Shown in pieces: positions 21,842 through 31,957 of a stretch of DNA of 64,000 bases. The stretch spans positions 6,708-70,707 of the forward strand of contig JBEKCV010000006.1 in the NCBI GenBank assembly GCA_050014695.1. Reading direction: 5' to 3'. The notes under the pieces were generated by a model. It was not told the DNA's origin and made no database searches. It worked only from the letters and a program-made list of their open reading frames with translations. Origin of the DNA: Thermodesulfovibrionales bacterium. GTDB taxonomy: Bacteria; Nitrospirota; Thermodesulfovibrionia; Thermodesulfovibrionales; UBA9159. Positions within the stretch are counted from its first letter, which is position 1. Each line of letters opens with the position of its first letter. The position numbers were made by a program, and so were the translations under genes.

Positions 21842-23611
21842 TTATCTCTTTTTTATCAGCCCCGTGATACCCCGAGCTATGCTCGGCAGGTCGAGGATAA
21901 GCACAACCTTTCCGTCGCCGGTTATTGTCGCCCCGAGGATATGTGATGAGGCGGTGTCTATTCCGTCAACAGGCTTGATGACCACCTCTTCCTGACCCAA
22001 CAACTCATCGACGGCGAGACAGAATTTACTGTCCCCGATGGAAATGACAATGGCATACCTGTCCTCCGCACGCAGCGAGCCATTGTTTCCGAGGATTCCG
22101 GATAGCTCAAAGAACGGATGAATTCTCTCTCTGATAACGAGAACACCCTGGCCCACAATATCGGAGATATCCTTTCTCGAGACCCGCAAGGTTTCCTCAA
22201 TGGGCGCAAGCGGTATAGCGTATTGCGAGCCATCCGCGCGCACCATAAGGGCCTGGATGATCGCCAAAGTGAGGGGAATGCTTATCCTGAATGTCGAGCC
22301 GGCATCTTTTCTTGACATCACCTCAACGTAGCCGTTGAGTTTGGAGATATTTGTCTTGACCACGTCCATGCCTACCCCGCGGCCGCTGAGTTCGGTCGCC
22401 ACGTCGACCGTCGAAAACCCGGGCAGGAAGATAAGGTTTACCGCAGCCTCTTCCGTCATCCGCTGGGCCTCTTCGCCTGTTATCAACTTTTTTTCCAGTG
22501 CTTTTCTCTTGACCCTGTCGACGTCTATACCCTTACCGTCGTCAGCGACCTCGATCACGATCTGATTGCCTTTCTGGTAAGCGCGGATGGAAATCGTGCC
22601 CTTGGTGGGCTTGCCTTTTGCCCGTCTCGCCTCGACCGATTCGAGGCCGTGATCTATGGCGTTCCGTATGATATGCACCATGGGGTCACCGATCTGCTCG
22701 ATCACGGACTTATCGACCTCCGTGTCCTCGCCTGATATCAGAAGTTCCACCTCTTTACCGAGAGAGCCAGCGATGTCCCTGACGAGGCGGGGGAACTTGC
22801 TGAAGACCTTCTTTATGGGCTGCATCCGCATCCGCATGACAGCCAGCTGCATGTCCGAAGTGACCAGGTCGAGGAAGGCAACGGTATCGAGAAGGCTCTC
22901 CACGTAAGCATCATCGGAATATTTCGTTTCGAGGTAATTTACGATATTTAAAAGCCTGTTGCGGACGAGGACGACCTCTCCGGTCAGGTTCATAACATTA
23001 TCAATCCTGTTGATGTCAACCCTGAGCGTCTGCATCTCGTCCTTTTTTTCAGGAACGGCTTTGTCGCCCTGCTCCACAGACCTCGATGAGGCGGCGGCCT
23101 CCTTTGCTTCGGCACCCCCATCCCGGGGAGGAGGCGTCTGACTGCTGGAGCCTTGTTCCTGCCCGGCATTGTCAACGATGGCCGCAGGAACAACGCCGCA
23201 TTGAACTTCGCCGCCGGCCTGTTCCGCAGCACTGAGCGTTTCGCCGAGTTCTTTGAGCAGGGGAGCGGTATTCACCTCTCCGTGCTCCTTCTTCTTTACC
23301 TGCTCAATCAGGAATCTGAGCATATCCACACTTTTGAGGATGACGTCCATGATCCGCTTTGAGAGGGGTATCTCGTTTTCTCTGAGCTTCTTCATGATAT
23401 TCTCGGCGCCGTGGGCAACATCTACAATGGACTGGAAACCGAGGAAGCCCGCCGCTCCTTTGAGGGTGTGCATACTCCTGAATATGTCATTGATCATGTC
23501 TTTGTCATATCCTCTCGACTCGAGTTCGACAAAAAGCGGATCTATCCTGTCAAGGGACTCTACGGCCTCCGTGATGAAGTCTGTTATGATTTCTTCCATT
23601 TCATCGGGCAT
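21842..23611 (-). CDS. cheA: Chemotaxis histidine kinase CheA
   Basis: Hpt FRSMHTLKG, HIIRNAIDHG, DDGKG, SGRGVGMDVV, C-terminal CheW domain. Confidence 0.97.
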   Translation of the reverse strand: MPDEMEEIITDFITEAVESLDRIDPLFVELESRGYDKDMINDIFRSMHTLKGAAGFLGFQSIVDVAHGAENIMKKLRENEIPLSKRIMDVILKSVDMLRFLIEQVKKKEHGEVNTAPLLKELGETLSAAEQAGGEVQCGVVPAAIVDNAGQEQGSSSQTPPPRDGGAEAKEAAASSRSVEQGDKAVPEKKDEMQTLRVDINRIDNVMNLTGEVVLVRNRLLNIVNYLETKYSDDAYVESLLDTVAFLDLVTSDMQLAVMRMRMQPIKKVFSKFPRLVRDIAGSLGKEVELLISGEDTEVDKSVIEQIGDPMVHIIRNAIDHGLESVEARRAKGKPTKGTISIRAYQKGNQIVIEVADDGKGIDVDRVKRKALEKKLITGEEAQRMTEEAAVNLIFLPGFSTVDVATELSGRGVGMDVVKTNISKLNGYVEVMSRKDAGSTFRISIPLTLAIIQALMVRADGSQYAIPLAPIEETLRVSRKDISDIVGQGVLVIRERIHPFFELSGILGNNGSLRAEDRYAIVISIGDSKFCLAVDELLGQEEVVIKPVDGIDTASSHILGATITGDGKVVLILDLPSIARGITGLIKKR

Positions 23612-23621
23612 ATGAGTACCT

Positions 23622-24011
23622 TTATTTCCCCATTTTCTCGAAGATCTTGTCCATCTTTTCCTTCAAAACCTCCGCGGTAAATGGCTTCACGATATAATTG
23701 TTCACCCCTGATTTAATGGCCTCGATCACCTTTTCCTTCTCAGCCTCAGCCGTGACCATCAGAAACGGAATGTCCTTCAACGCCGGATCACTCCTCACCT
23801 TCCTCAGTAACTCGATTCCATCCATATTCGGCATATTCCAGTCCGATACGACGAATCCGAACCCCCCGTTTTGCAGTTTTGAATATGCCTGGACCCCGTC
23901 TTCCGCCTCTTCTATGTTCTCAAAGCCGAGCTGCTTCAGTATATTCTTGACGATCCTTCTCATGGTCGAAAAGTCATCAATAACGAGAATCTTCATTTTA
24001 TAATCTGGCAT
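23622..24011 (-). CDS. cheY: Chemotaxis response regulator CheY
   Basis: [23 protein letters not shown]; start MPDYK after GGAGG. Confidence 0.95.
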   Translation of the reverse strand: MPDYKMKILVIDDFSTMRRIVKNILKQLGFENIEEAEDGVQAYSKLQNGGFGFVVSDWNMPNMDGIELLRKVRSDPALKDIPFLMVTAEAEKEKVIEAIKSGVNNYIVKPFTAEVLKEKMDKIFEKMGK

Positions 24012-24396
24012 CAGAGACACCTCCTTCACCAAAGAAATTCTTTAGGATATCCTTTATATTCTGAGTGACCATATCGGCCGTCACCGGTTTTATGACGTAT
24101 CCGTCGGCACCGGCAGTCAAGGCCCGCTCCCGCTCCTCCGGATCCGCCTCCGTTGTGACCATGAGAATAGGAATACTTGTATAGTTTGGGTCAGCCTTGA
24201 GGTTTTTTATAAGTTCGATGCCATCCATGTACGGCATGTTCAGATCGGTTACTATCATATTGACCTTGCTCGTTGCGAGCTTTTCCAGGGCGTCGAGACC
24301 GTTTTCGGCAGAAACTATCTCGAACCCCTTGGTTTTCAGATAGATCCCAAGCAGTTTCCTCGTTGTCAGACAATCATCTACGATCATGATCTTCAT
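23998..24396 (-). CDS. Second single-domain CheY-like response regulator
   Basis: VDD, TDLNMP, VTTE, YVIKP; inside the che operon. Confidence 0.9.
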   Translation of the reverse strand: MKIMIVDDCLTTRKLLGIYLKTKGFEIVSAENGLDALEKLATSKVNMIVTDLNMPYMDGIELIKNLKADPNYTSIPILMVTTEADPEERERALTAGADGYVIKPVTADMVTQNIKDILKNFFGEGGVSDARL

Positions 24397-24400
24397 GGCA

Positions 24401-25216
24401 TCAACTCCTCTGGTACACTACCACGCCGTTGATAATGGCGGGCTTAAACGCCCGCGTAACGTTATGAAGGCTCTCGGCGCAGCCAATGAAGAGAAATCCC
24501 CCGGGTCTCAGGCTGTCATACAGCAGGGACGTCACCCTCTGCTTTGCCTTGGCATCGAAGTAGATGAGGACATTGCGGCAGAAGATGACATCCAGATCCC
24601 GCAACGACTTCATTTTTCTTTCATCCATGAGATTCACGTTCATAAATTTGACCGAGTTCTTTACGGACGGGTCAAGCTCGTAGGACTGTCCGTTTGCCTT
24701 GAAATATTTCCTGAGATACGGTTCGGGCACATTCCTCACCGAATATGAGCCATACACGGCTCTCTTTGCGGATTCCAGAACCCCGTCGCTGATATCCGAC
24801 GCAAACATCTCTTTTCTGACTGCCATTTTTCTTTCCATGAGGAGCATGCTGAGGGTGTAAGGTTCCTCCCCCGTCGAGCATGCCGCAGACCAGAGTCGGA
24901 TGCCTCTTGCTCCGTTTCCTTTCAGCACCTCGGATACGATAGCATCGATAAAGACATCAAACTGCTGCGGCTCCCTAAAAAAAAATGTTTCATTGGTCGT
25001 TATTGCATCATAGAGTTTTGCCAGCTCGCCACCGCCGCCATTATACCGTATGAGATATAAGTAATCCTCAAAGCCGTTCAGATTCTTCTCCTGAACCCTC
25101 TTTATGAGTCTGCTTTCGAGAAGGTATTTCTTGACATCAGGGATATAGATGCCGGTCCGTTCGTAGACGAAGTCCCGCAATTGCTTGAATGTGGAGTCCT
25201 GAAGTTCGATATTCAC
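24401..25216 (-). CDS. cheR: Chemotaxis methyltransferase CheR
   Basis: TTNETFFFRE, WSAACSTGEEPY, IFCRNVLIYF. Confidence 0.97.
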   Translation of the reverse strand: MNIELQDSTFKQLRDFVYERTGIYIPDVKKYLLESRLIKRVQEKNLNGFEDYLYLIRYNGGGGELAKLYDAITTNETFFFREPQQFDVFIDAIVSEVLKGNGARGIRLWSAACSTGEEPYTLSMLLMERKMAVRKEMFASDISDGVLESAKRAVYGSYSVRNVPEPYLRKYFKANGQSYELDPSVKNSVKFMNVNLMDERKMKSLRDLDVIFCRNVLIYFDAKAKQRVTSLLYDSLRPGGFLFIGCAESLHNVTRAFKPAIINGVVVYQRS

Positions 25217-25253
25217 GTCTGTTTTTTTCCTGTTGTTGCCGGTCTCACGTTTT

Positions 25254-27125
25254 TCATCCGAAAGTCCCGGAAGATTTCATGTCCTCAAGCTCTGTGTGCG
25301 CCTTCTTCCGCACGCCTTCGTCGGGGTGGCCTGTCAGGGCATCTAAGATACTCACCACCTCGCTGCCCCCGATCCGGGATACGGCACCAATGGCGGAGAG
25401 GACCACGGGAATATCTCTGTCATCAAGCATCGGAATGAGCACCTTCAGGGTATCCTGTCCCATCGAGCTTCCCAATGCATTTACCGCGCACATCCGCACC
25501 CACATATCGGGATCATGGAGGGCCGATTTTATTACATCATGACAGCAGCCGAGTTCCCCCATCGCTTTGATCGCAACCTTCCTCACCTCCGCTTCAGGAT
25601 CACGAACCGCCTCGGTGAGTGTCTGGCACACCCTTGCATCCCGAGTCCTGCCGAGTCCCGCTACGGCAGACACCCTGACGGTAAAGTCCCTATCGCCGAT
25701 GAGGGCGAGAAGGGTAGCAGCATCCTCCGTAAACCGAGCGATGGCCTCCCTCACCGAGACGTCAAATTCAGCGAGGCACGGAATCACTGCTGAAGAATCG
25801 ATCGACAGGAGTGCCTTCACCCCTTCTTCCATGACGTCTTTGTACCGTTCTGCCGGCAGCAGTTTGCGTATGGGCTCAAATGATGCTTTATCGGCTATTC
25901 GGCCCAATGCGGTGAAAGCCATCCGTCTGATATGTCCATCATAGTCGTCGATAGCATCCACGAGCGTCCGCCTGATATCCCCGTCATCGATATCAACAAG
26001 GGCCTTCATGCTGGCCCGCCTCACATCCCTCACTTCCCCTTCTAATAAACCGACAAGATACGGGACGGCTTCCTTGCATTTCAACTCCCCGATTGCCTCG
26101 ATCGCTATACTTTTTCCACGGTATTTCAGGGACAGATTATCGAAAACCGCAGCCAGGATTTCTCTGCATCCAAAGCTCCGCAAAGCGTCTTTCATGACCT
26201 GCACCTTCTCATCTGTTTCCGGCTCTGAGGGATCCAGGGAACCAGCGTAGTCAATGATGGACACAATGGCCCTCTTCTCCTGTAATGCAACGAAACCTTT
26301 CACGGCAATCTGCTTCTCATTCCAATCACCGTCGGCAAACATTTCCCTGAGCTCTTCCGCGACCTCCGCCCAGGGAGGGGTGACCCCACCCTGGACAAGA
26401 CTTTTTACCGTTGCGGTCCTTTCAAATCCCGTAGCCCCAGGCAGGTGGCTAAGGAGAACATCGAGCGCCTGTGGCGTCCCAATCCTTCCAAGGGTCTCCA
26501 CGGCCGCGATTCTCAAAGCATCAGATGGGCTCTTCAGCAGTGAACTCACGGCCTCAGTCGACGACGCTTCCTTGAGCAGCGCAAGGGCTTCAAGAACGGA
26601 GAAACAGACCCACTCATCATCATTCAATGCCTTCATCAGCTGCGCCACCGCGCCCCCGAATTGCAGAATACCAACGGCCTTTGCCGCGGACGCCCGAACA
26701 TTGGGATTTGGATCTCTTTCGAGAACACGAAGTATTGCCTCCGGATAATCACAGTGTTTAATGTCACAGATGAGGTCGAGCGCAAACTTGCGGACATCGG
26801 GGTCCGGATCCTTGATGAGGGAATGAAGCAAAGGGACAACCGGAACTCCTATCTCCTTCAAGATGATCATCGCGGTATTTCTCAGGAAGGAGTCCTGTCT
26901 CAGGAGCGGGAGCACCATGTAAGCGGTGACCTCGCCCCCGAGGGCAATAAGAGAACGCATGGCAGCGTCTTGGACGCCGGAGTTTTCATCCCTTAACGCC
27001 CTGATCAGGGGATAGATCGCCCTTTCGTCCCCACCCGACAATGCATCCGCTGCCGACCTCCTCTTGGATGCATCAGGGTGAGCCAGATCCTGGGTCAGCC
27101 GTAAGAGTTTCTTCGCTTGTATCAT
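25254..27125 (-). CDS. HEAT/PBS-lyase repeat protein heading the che operon
   Basis: Many DxDxxVRxxAxxAL repeats. Confidence 0.9.
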   Translation of the reverse strand: MIQAKKLLRLTQDLAHPDASKRRSAADALSGGDERAIYPLIRALRDENSGVQDAAMRSLIALGGEVTAYMVLPLLRQDSFLRNTAMIILKEIGVPVVPLLHSLIKDPDPDVRKFALDLICDIKHCDYPEAILRVLERDPNPNVRASAAKAVGILQFGGAVAQLMKALNDDEWVCFSVLEALALLKEASSTEAVSSLLKSPSDALRIAAVETLGRIGTPQALDVLLSHLPGATGFERTATVKSLVQGGVTPPWAEVAEELREMFADGDWNEKQIAVKGFVALQEKRAIVSIIDYAGSLDPSEPETDEKVQVMKDALRSFGCREILAAVFDNLSLKYRGKSIAIEAIGELKCKEAVPYLVGLLEGEVRDVRRASMKALVDIDDGDIRRTLVDAIDDYDGHIRRMAFTALGRIADKASFEPIRKLLPAERYKDVMEEGVKALLSIDSSAVIPCLAEFDVSVREAIARFTEDAATLLALIGDRDFTVRVSAVAGLGRTRDARVCQTLTEAVRDPEAEVRKVAIKAMGELGCCHDVIKSALHDPDMWVRMCAVNALGSSMGQDTLKVLIPMLDDRDIPVVLSAIGAVSRIGGSEVVSILDALTGHPDEGVRKKAHTELEDMKSSGTFG

Positions 27126-27145
27126 GGTGCCTCTTTTGTACTATC

Positions 27146-27172
27146 TTATCGGGATCTTGGAGAAATCCTTTA
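27146..27172 (-). promoter_or_regulatory. Sigma-28 (FliA) promoter for the HEAT-che operon
   Basis: Minus strand TAAA-GGATTTCTCCAAGAT(15)-CCCGATAA. Confidence 0.8.
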
Positions 27173-27242
27173 ACATTCTTCCAGACGGGCTAGTTCAATC
27201 GACGCAGCAATGTGCCGCTTTGACCACAGCCCTTGCTTTACC

Positions 27243-27974
27243 TTACAGGTCGATCTGCATCTTCAGCTTTAAGAGGGCTTGGTTATGGAGCTGTGACACT
27301 CTCCCCTCGGTCAGGTTCAGGACCTTGCCGATTTCCTTCATGGTCATCTCATCCCAATAATACAGGGAGAGGATCATCTTCTCCTTTTTGGGAAGCGTTT
27401 CGATCAGCTGTGCAATGGCCTCTTTTCTCCTGTTATTCTCATAGATTTCAAGGGGGGTCTTCGCGTCGGGGTCCGATATGCACTCTGTAACATCGATGCC
27501 GCTCTCTTCACTTCTCTCACTGAAGTCCTCGAATCTTACCGATACTTGCGCGTTTGCACTCTGCAGAATCCGATAGTACTCATCGAGCGGCATCTGAAGT
27601 CTCTCAGCAACCTCCGTATCATCCGGTGAGCGGCCGAGTTCCCTTTCCAATGTACGGTGCGCCGCCTTGACCGTATCGATTTTCTTCTTCACCGATTTTG
27701 GGAGCCACTCATTTGCCCTCAGCTCATCGAGCATCGCGCCCCTTATCCTGTGCTCCACAAAGGTATTGAGTTTGACCCCGTTTTCTTTAAATCTGCCGAG
27801 GGCATCCAAGAGGCCCATGACTCCGACGCTGACGAGATCCTGTATGGTGAGTTGCGGAGGCAGTCTCCATGCCAGCCGGCTGGCCGTATACTTGATGAAA
27901 GGGAGAGAATCGTTGATGATCTGCTCCTTTGCTTCCTCACTCAGTTTTTCCATATACCCGATCATTTCCTTCAC
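27243..27974 (-). CDS. fliA: Flagellar sigma factor FliA (sigma-28)
   Basis: RIRGAMLDELR, ELGRSP, TMKEIGKVLNLTEGRVSQLH; follows flhG. Confidence 0.95.
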   Translation of the reverse strand: MKEMIGYMEKLSEEAKEQIINDSLPFIKYTASRLAWRLPPQLTIQDLVSVGVMGLLDALGRFKENGVKLNTFVEHRIRGAMLDELRANEWLPKSVKKKIDTVKAAHRTLERELGRSPDDTEVAERLQMPLDEYYRILQSANAQVSVRFEDFSERSEESGIDVTECISDPDAKTPLEIYENNRRKEAIAQLIETLPKKEKMILSLYYWDEMTMKEIGKVLNLTEGRVSQLHNQALLKLKMQIDL

Positions 27975-27985
27975 CTTCCGCCTTT

Positions 27986-28816
27986 TTAGGAGCCTGATGC
28001 CGACAGGAGATTCCCGATAAAAAACTGCAACGTTCCCTTGACCTTCTCCGTCGTCTCTAAAACCTTTGATGCGATTTCCGCAACCTGTTTCGATGCAAGG
28101 CCATGGGGATACGCATCGATAAAGGCTTGCTGAGAACTCACCGCCTTGCGCACCGCGTCATCATAGGGTATATATCCAAGATAATTGAGGGATATGTTCA
28201 AGAATTTTTCGGCGGCGAGCGAAAGCCTTCTGAAAACTTCCAGCGCCTCTCCGGAACCACTTACCGAATTGACCAGGACGTTGAATTCCTTCTCCTGATA
28301 GCGGGTAAAAAGAACCTTGATGAGGGCATAGGCATCCGTGATCGCTGTCGGTTCAGGTGATGTCACAACAATGATCTGCTGTGCCGCGATGCAAAAAAAC
28401 GCTACATTCTCCGATATCCCCGCGGCTGTATCGATGAGCAGGACATCGATGTTTTCCTCATACGTGTCAAATGCCTCGAGTATCCGCAGCCTCTGAAACT
28501 CATCGAGGGACGTTAACTCCTGCACCCCTGAACTGGCGGGGAGTATCTTTATCCCATGAGGACCTTCAACGACCACATCCTTGAGTCCCATCTCGCCGCT
28601 GAGGAGATTCTGGATGTTATGTTTCGGGGCAAGATGAAGAAGAACGTCGATGTTGCTAAGCCCGAGGTCAGCATCGAGGATCATGACATCCTTGCCCAGT
28701 TTCCTCAACGCTATTGCCATGTTCGCTACGACGTTGGTCTTTCCGACACCGCCTTTGCCGCTCGCCACGGCGATCGTCTTCACGTAATTCCTCTTGTCCC
28801 GTTTTTCCTTCAGCAT
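27986..28816 (-). CDS. flhG: MinD-like flagellar ATPase FlhG/FleN
   Basis: SGKGGVGKT, DADLGLSNID, PEPTAITDAYALIK. Confidence 0.93.
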   Translation of the reverse strand: MLKEKRDKRNYVKTIAVASGKGGVGKTNVVANMAIALRKLGKDVMILDADLGLSNIDVLLHLAPKHNIQNLLSGEMGLKDVVVEGPHGIKILPASSGVQELTSLDEFQRLRILEAFDTYEENIDVLLIDTAAGISENVAFFCIAAQQIIVVTSPEPTAITDAYALIKVLFTRYQEKEFNVLVNSVSGSGEALEVFRRLSLAAEKFLNISLNYLGYIPYDDAVRKAVSSQQAFIDAYPHGLASKQVAEIASKVLETTEKVKGTLQFFIGNLLSASGS

Positions 28817-29931
28817 CGGAAATGCCCTTTCTTGAGTATCAGATTTGCGAGGTTGGTTTTACTTATAAATTCTATATCGTCAGGGACCGTCTGGCCGGTG
28901 GTGACATAGGCCACAGGCTTCTGATAGATGAGCATGAGGTTATACAGTGAGCCGAATCTCACCGCCTCATCAACCTTGGTAAAGGCTATCGAATCTATGG
29001 GCAGTCTTCTGTAGAATCTGTACGAATCAATCATGAATTCATCATCAGCATTCGCATTCATAAGGAGATGCAGTTCCAGGGGAAAACCTGATGTCTCGCC
29101 CTGGTCGGAGGAGCCCTGGGAAATATCGAGGAGTTCGTTGATATATGTCTCATCCCTCGGGCTTCTCCCTGAGGTATCAATAAAAACGATGTCCCTGGCC
29201 CGTGCAAAACTGCCGAGACTGCGCCTGAGTTCCGCGGCACTGGAGACAACCGACAAGGGGATGCCCAGGATCCTTGCATAAATCCTCGTCTGTTCGACCG
29301 CTCCGATCCTGTACGTGTCGAGATTGATGACAGCGACCTTCTTCCCCGCCCGTATTGCCCCTGCGGAGAGTTTGGCAATCGTCGTCGTCTTCCCCACGCC
29401 TGTCGGGCCAACAAGCATTACGGCCTTTCTGCCGTAGCTCCTTTCCTTCACGGTTATATCGGATGACAGCAGTGAGGGGATCTCATCTACGTCCCTCGCT
29501 TTTTCACAGATGCGGAGGGCAAACTCATCCCTCACCGAGCGCTCCCTCAGAAAGTTCAGTATCATCTTCTTTTTTGCCGGCAGAGATATCTCATAGCCGT
29601 TATTCCTCATCCCTTCGATGGCCTCTCGGAGCTTTCCGATCTCTTTTTTTATCTCATCCGTCACGATGGCCGGATCGGTGGGATTAAGCGTCCGAGGATT
29701 CGGAAACTCCATCGGATCGGGAACGCCAGGTTTCCCCGCGTCCGTGACCATCTGCCCACCGGCACCCTTGGCTCCCGCATGGTCATAGTCCACAGCCGCG
29801 GTCACCTCTACCCACGGCCTCAGTCCCTTTCCTTCTTCGGTGGAGAGGATAACTGCGTCCTCGCTCAGTTCCTTTTTTACGAGTTCGAGGGCCTCGGTAA
29901 AGTTTCTCGCCTTATATTTCTTAATCTTCAT
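28810..29931 (-). CDS. flhF: SRP-family GTPase FlhF
   Basis: GPTGVGKTTTIAKL, DTYRIGA, DTSGRS, TKVDE, TTGQTVPDD. Confidence 0.95.
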   Translation of the reverse strand: MKIKKYKARNFTEALELVKKELSEDAVILSTEEGKGLRPWVEVTAAVDYDHAGAKGAGGQMVTDAGKPGVPDPMEFPNPRTLNPTDPAIVTDEIKKEIGKLREAIEGMRNNGYEISLPAKKKMILNFLRERSVRDEFALRICEKARDVDEIPSLLSSDITVKERSYGRKAVMLVGPTGVGKTTTIAKLSAGAIRAGKKVAVINLDTYRIGAVEQTRIYARILGIPLSVVSSAAELRRSLGSFARARDIVFIDTSGRSPRDETYINELLDISQGSSDQGETSGFPLELHLLMNANADDEFMIDSYRFYRRLPIDSIAFTKVDEAVRFGSLYNLMLIYQKPVAYVTTGQTVPDDIEFISKTNLANLILKKGHFRC

Positions 29932-31957
29932 ATCTCACCACCCCTGTTGTGTAGAGTTTTACTGATGGAGCTATCTCGGCATTTGAGAGGATAACCACCG
30001 ATGGGAGGAATCTCTCTGTGATTTTCCTGAGGAATCTCCTCACCTGAGTGGAGCAAAGGATAATCGGCTGTGCGTTTTTCACGTTATCCGAGGAGATGGC
30101 ACCCTCAAGCGACCGTATCAACGCGCTCACCATATCAGGGCTTATGGCGCCACCGCCTTCGATTGCCTGCAAAAGGGCCACTTCGAATCTCGGATCAAGG
30201 GTCAAGACATGGACGGACCCATCAGGGACAAGATACTGTTTCGTAATAACCCTCGCCAGCGCCTGTCGCACATGTTCTGTCAGCAACTCCGTGTCCTTTG
30301 TTGACGGAGCATAGTCCAGCAACGTCTCAAGTATCCTCACCAGGTCGTTGATGGGGACTTTTTCTCTCAGAAGGCTCTGCAGCACCCGTTGAACACCTCC
30401 CAGTGTCATCTGAGTCGGGATGAGTTCATCAACGATCTTTGGATAGCTCTTTGAGACATTCTCCAGCAAGCCCTGAACCTCTGTCCGGGTGAGGAGCTCC
30501 CATGCATGGCTCTTTATTAACTCGGTAAGATGGGTGGCGATTACGGTGGCCGGGTCGACGACCATATATCCGAGGGAGCGTGCCTTCTCCACACTGTTTT
30601 CACCGATCCAATATGCCGGAAGTCCGAATGCCGGTTCCTTGGTTGGAGTTCCGCCAATTTTTTCCGTCGCCCCTGACGAGACGGCCAGGTACTGACCCAG
30701 GGCAACCTCGCCCCCCCCTACCTCTATTCCCCGTATGAGAAAACTATATTCGTGCGGCCTGAGCTGCAAGTTGTCCTTGATATGGATGGAAGGAACAACG
30801 AATCCGAGTTCAGAGGCGAGTTGCCTCCTCATCGCCTTGATCTTGCTGAGGAGGTCAGCCTTGTCAGACTCCACAAGGGGAATAAGACCGTATCCGATCT
30901 CGAAGGTCAGGGGCTCTATCTCCATGAAGGTCTCAACGGCCGGTTCCTGCGGTGCCGCTGCCCCTCCCGCCTGTTCCTTTACCTCTTCCTCAGGGGTTTT
31001 TGAGACAACATAGGCCAGCGCTCCCGAGGCAGCCGAGAGCAGGAAGAAAGGGAGATGGGGAAGTCCCGGCACAAGGCCGAGGACGACCATAACGCCTGAG
31101 GCGGTGCCGAGGGCCTTCGGATTGACAAGTAGTTGCTTGGCGATATCATTTCCGAGATCCCTTTCGGTTCCCGCACGGGTCACCACGAGACCTGCGGCAG
31201 TGGAGATGAGGAGGGCAGGAATCTGGGAGACAAGGCCGTCACCTATGGTTAAGATGGTATACGTTTTTGCCGCCTCCGCGATTGGCATACCGTGTTGGAA
31301 TATTCCGATGATAAACCCGCCGATGATATTAATCCCTGTTATGATGAGTCCCGCAATGGCATCTCCCCTCACGAATTTGCTCGCGCCGTCCATTGCGCCG
31401 TAGAAATCGGACTCCTGAGAAATAACCAACCTTCTTCTCCTAGCCTCTGATTCATCGACAAGACCCGCGTTCAGGTCAGCGTCTATCGCCATCTGCTTGC
31501 CGGGCATGGCATCAAGGGTGAACCGGGCTGCGACTTCCGCTATTCTTCCGGAGCCCTTGGTGATGACCATAAAGTTGATAACGACCAGGATGAGGAATAC
31601 GGTAAACCCCACAGCATAGTTCCCGCCCACGACGAAGTTGCCAAAGGATTTTATGACCTGTCCTGCCGCGTCCGTACCCTCGCCGCCCCTGAGCAGTACC
31701 AATCTCGTTGCCGCAATATTCAGCGAAAGCCTGTAGAGGGTTGTTAGGAGGAGCATCGCCGGGAACACGGAAAAATCGAGGGGCTTCTTAATATAGATGC
31801 CCGTTATGAGAATGACTATCGAGAGGGAAATGGACAGGGACAGAAGGACATCCAGGATGAAGGGAGGGATGGGGAGCATCATGACGCCTAAGATAGACAC
31901 GACACAGACCGCGACCACAACGTCCCCCCTCTGTTTTATCTGTTGCAGGAAATTCAT
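29921..31957 (-). CDS. flhA: Flagellar export protein FlhA
   Basis: RIAEVAARFTLDAMPGKQMAIDADL, FYGAMDGASKFVRGD. Confidence 0.98.
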   Translation of the reverse strand: MNFLQQIKQRGDVVVAVCVVSILGVMMLPIPPFILDVLLSLSISLSIVILITGIYIKKPLDFSVFPAMLLLTTLYRLSLNIAATRLVLLRGGEGTDAAGQVIKSFGNFVVGGNYAVGFTVFLILVVINFMVITKGSGRIAEVAARFTLDAMPGKQMAIDADLNAGLVDESEARRRRLVISQESDFYGAMDGASKFVRGDAIAGLIITGINIIGGFIIGIFQHGMPIAEAAKTYTILTIGDGLVSQIPALLISTAAGLVVTRAGTERDLGNDIAKQLLVNPKALGTASGVMVVLGLVPGLPHLPFFLLSAASGALAYVVSKTPEEEVKEQAGGAAAPQEPAVETFMEIEPLTFEIGYGLIPLVESDKADLLSKIKAMRRQLASELGFVVPSIHIKDNLQLRPHEYSFLIRGIEVGGGEVALGQYLAVSSGATEKIGGTPTKEPAFGLPAYWIGENSVEKARSLGYMVVDPATVIATHLTELIKSHAWELLTRTEVQGLLENVSKSYPKIVDELIPTQMTLGGVQRVLQSLLREKVPINDLVRILETLLDYAPSTKDTELLTEHVRQALARVITKQYLVPDGSVHVLTLDPRFEVALLQAIEGGGAISPDMVSALIRSLEGAISSDNVKNAQPIILCSTQVRRFLRKITERFLPSVVILSNAEIAPSVKLYTTGVVRYED

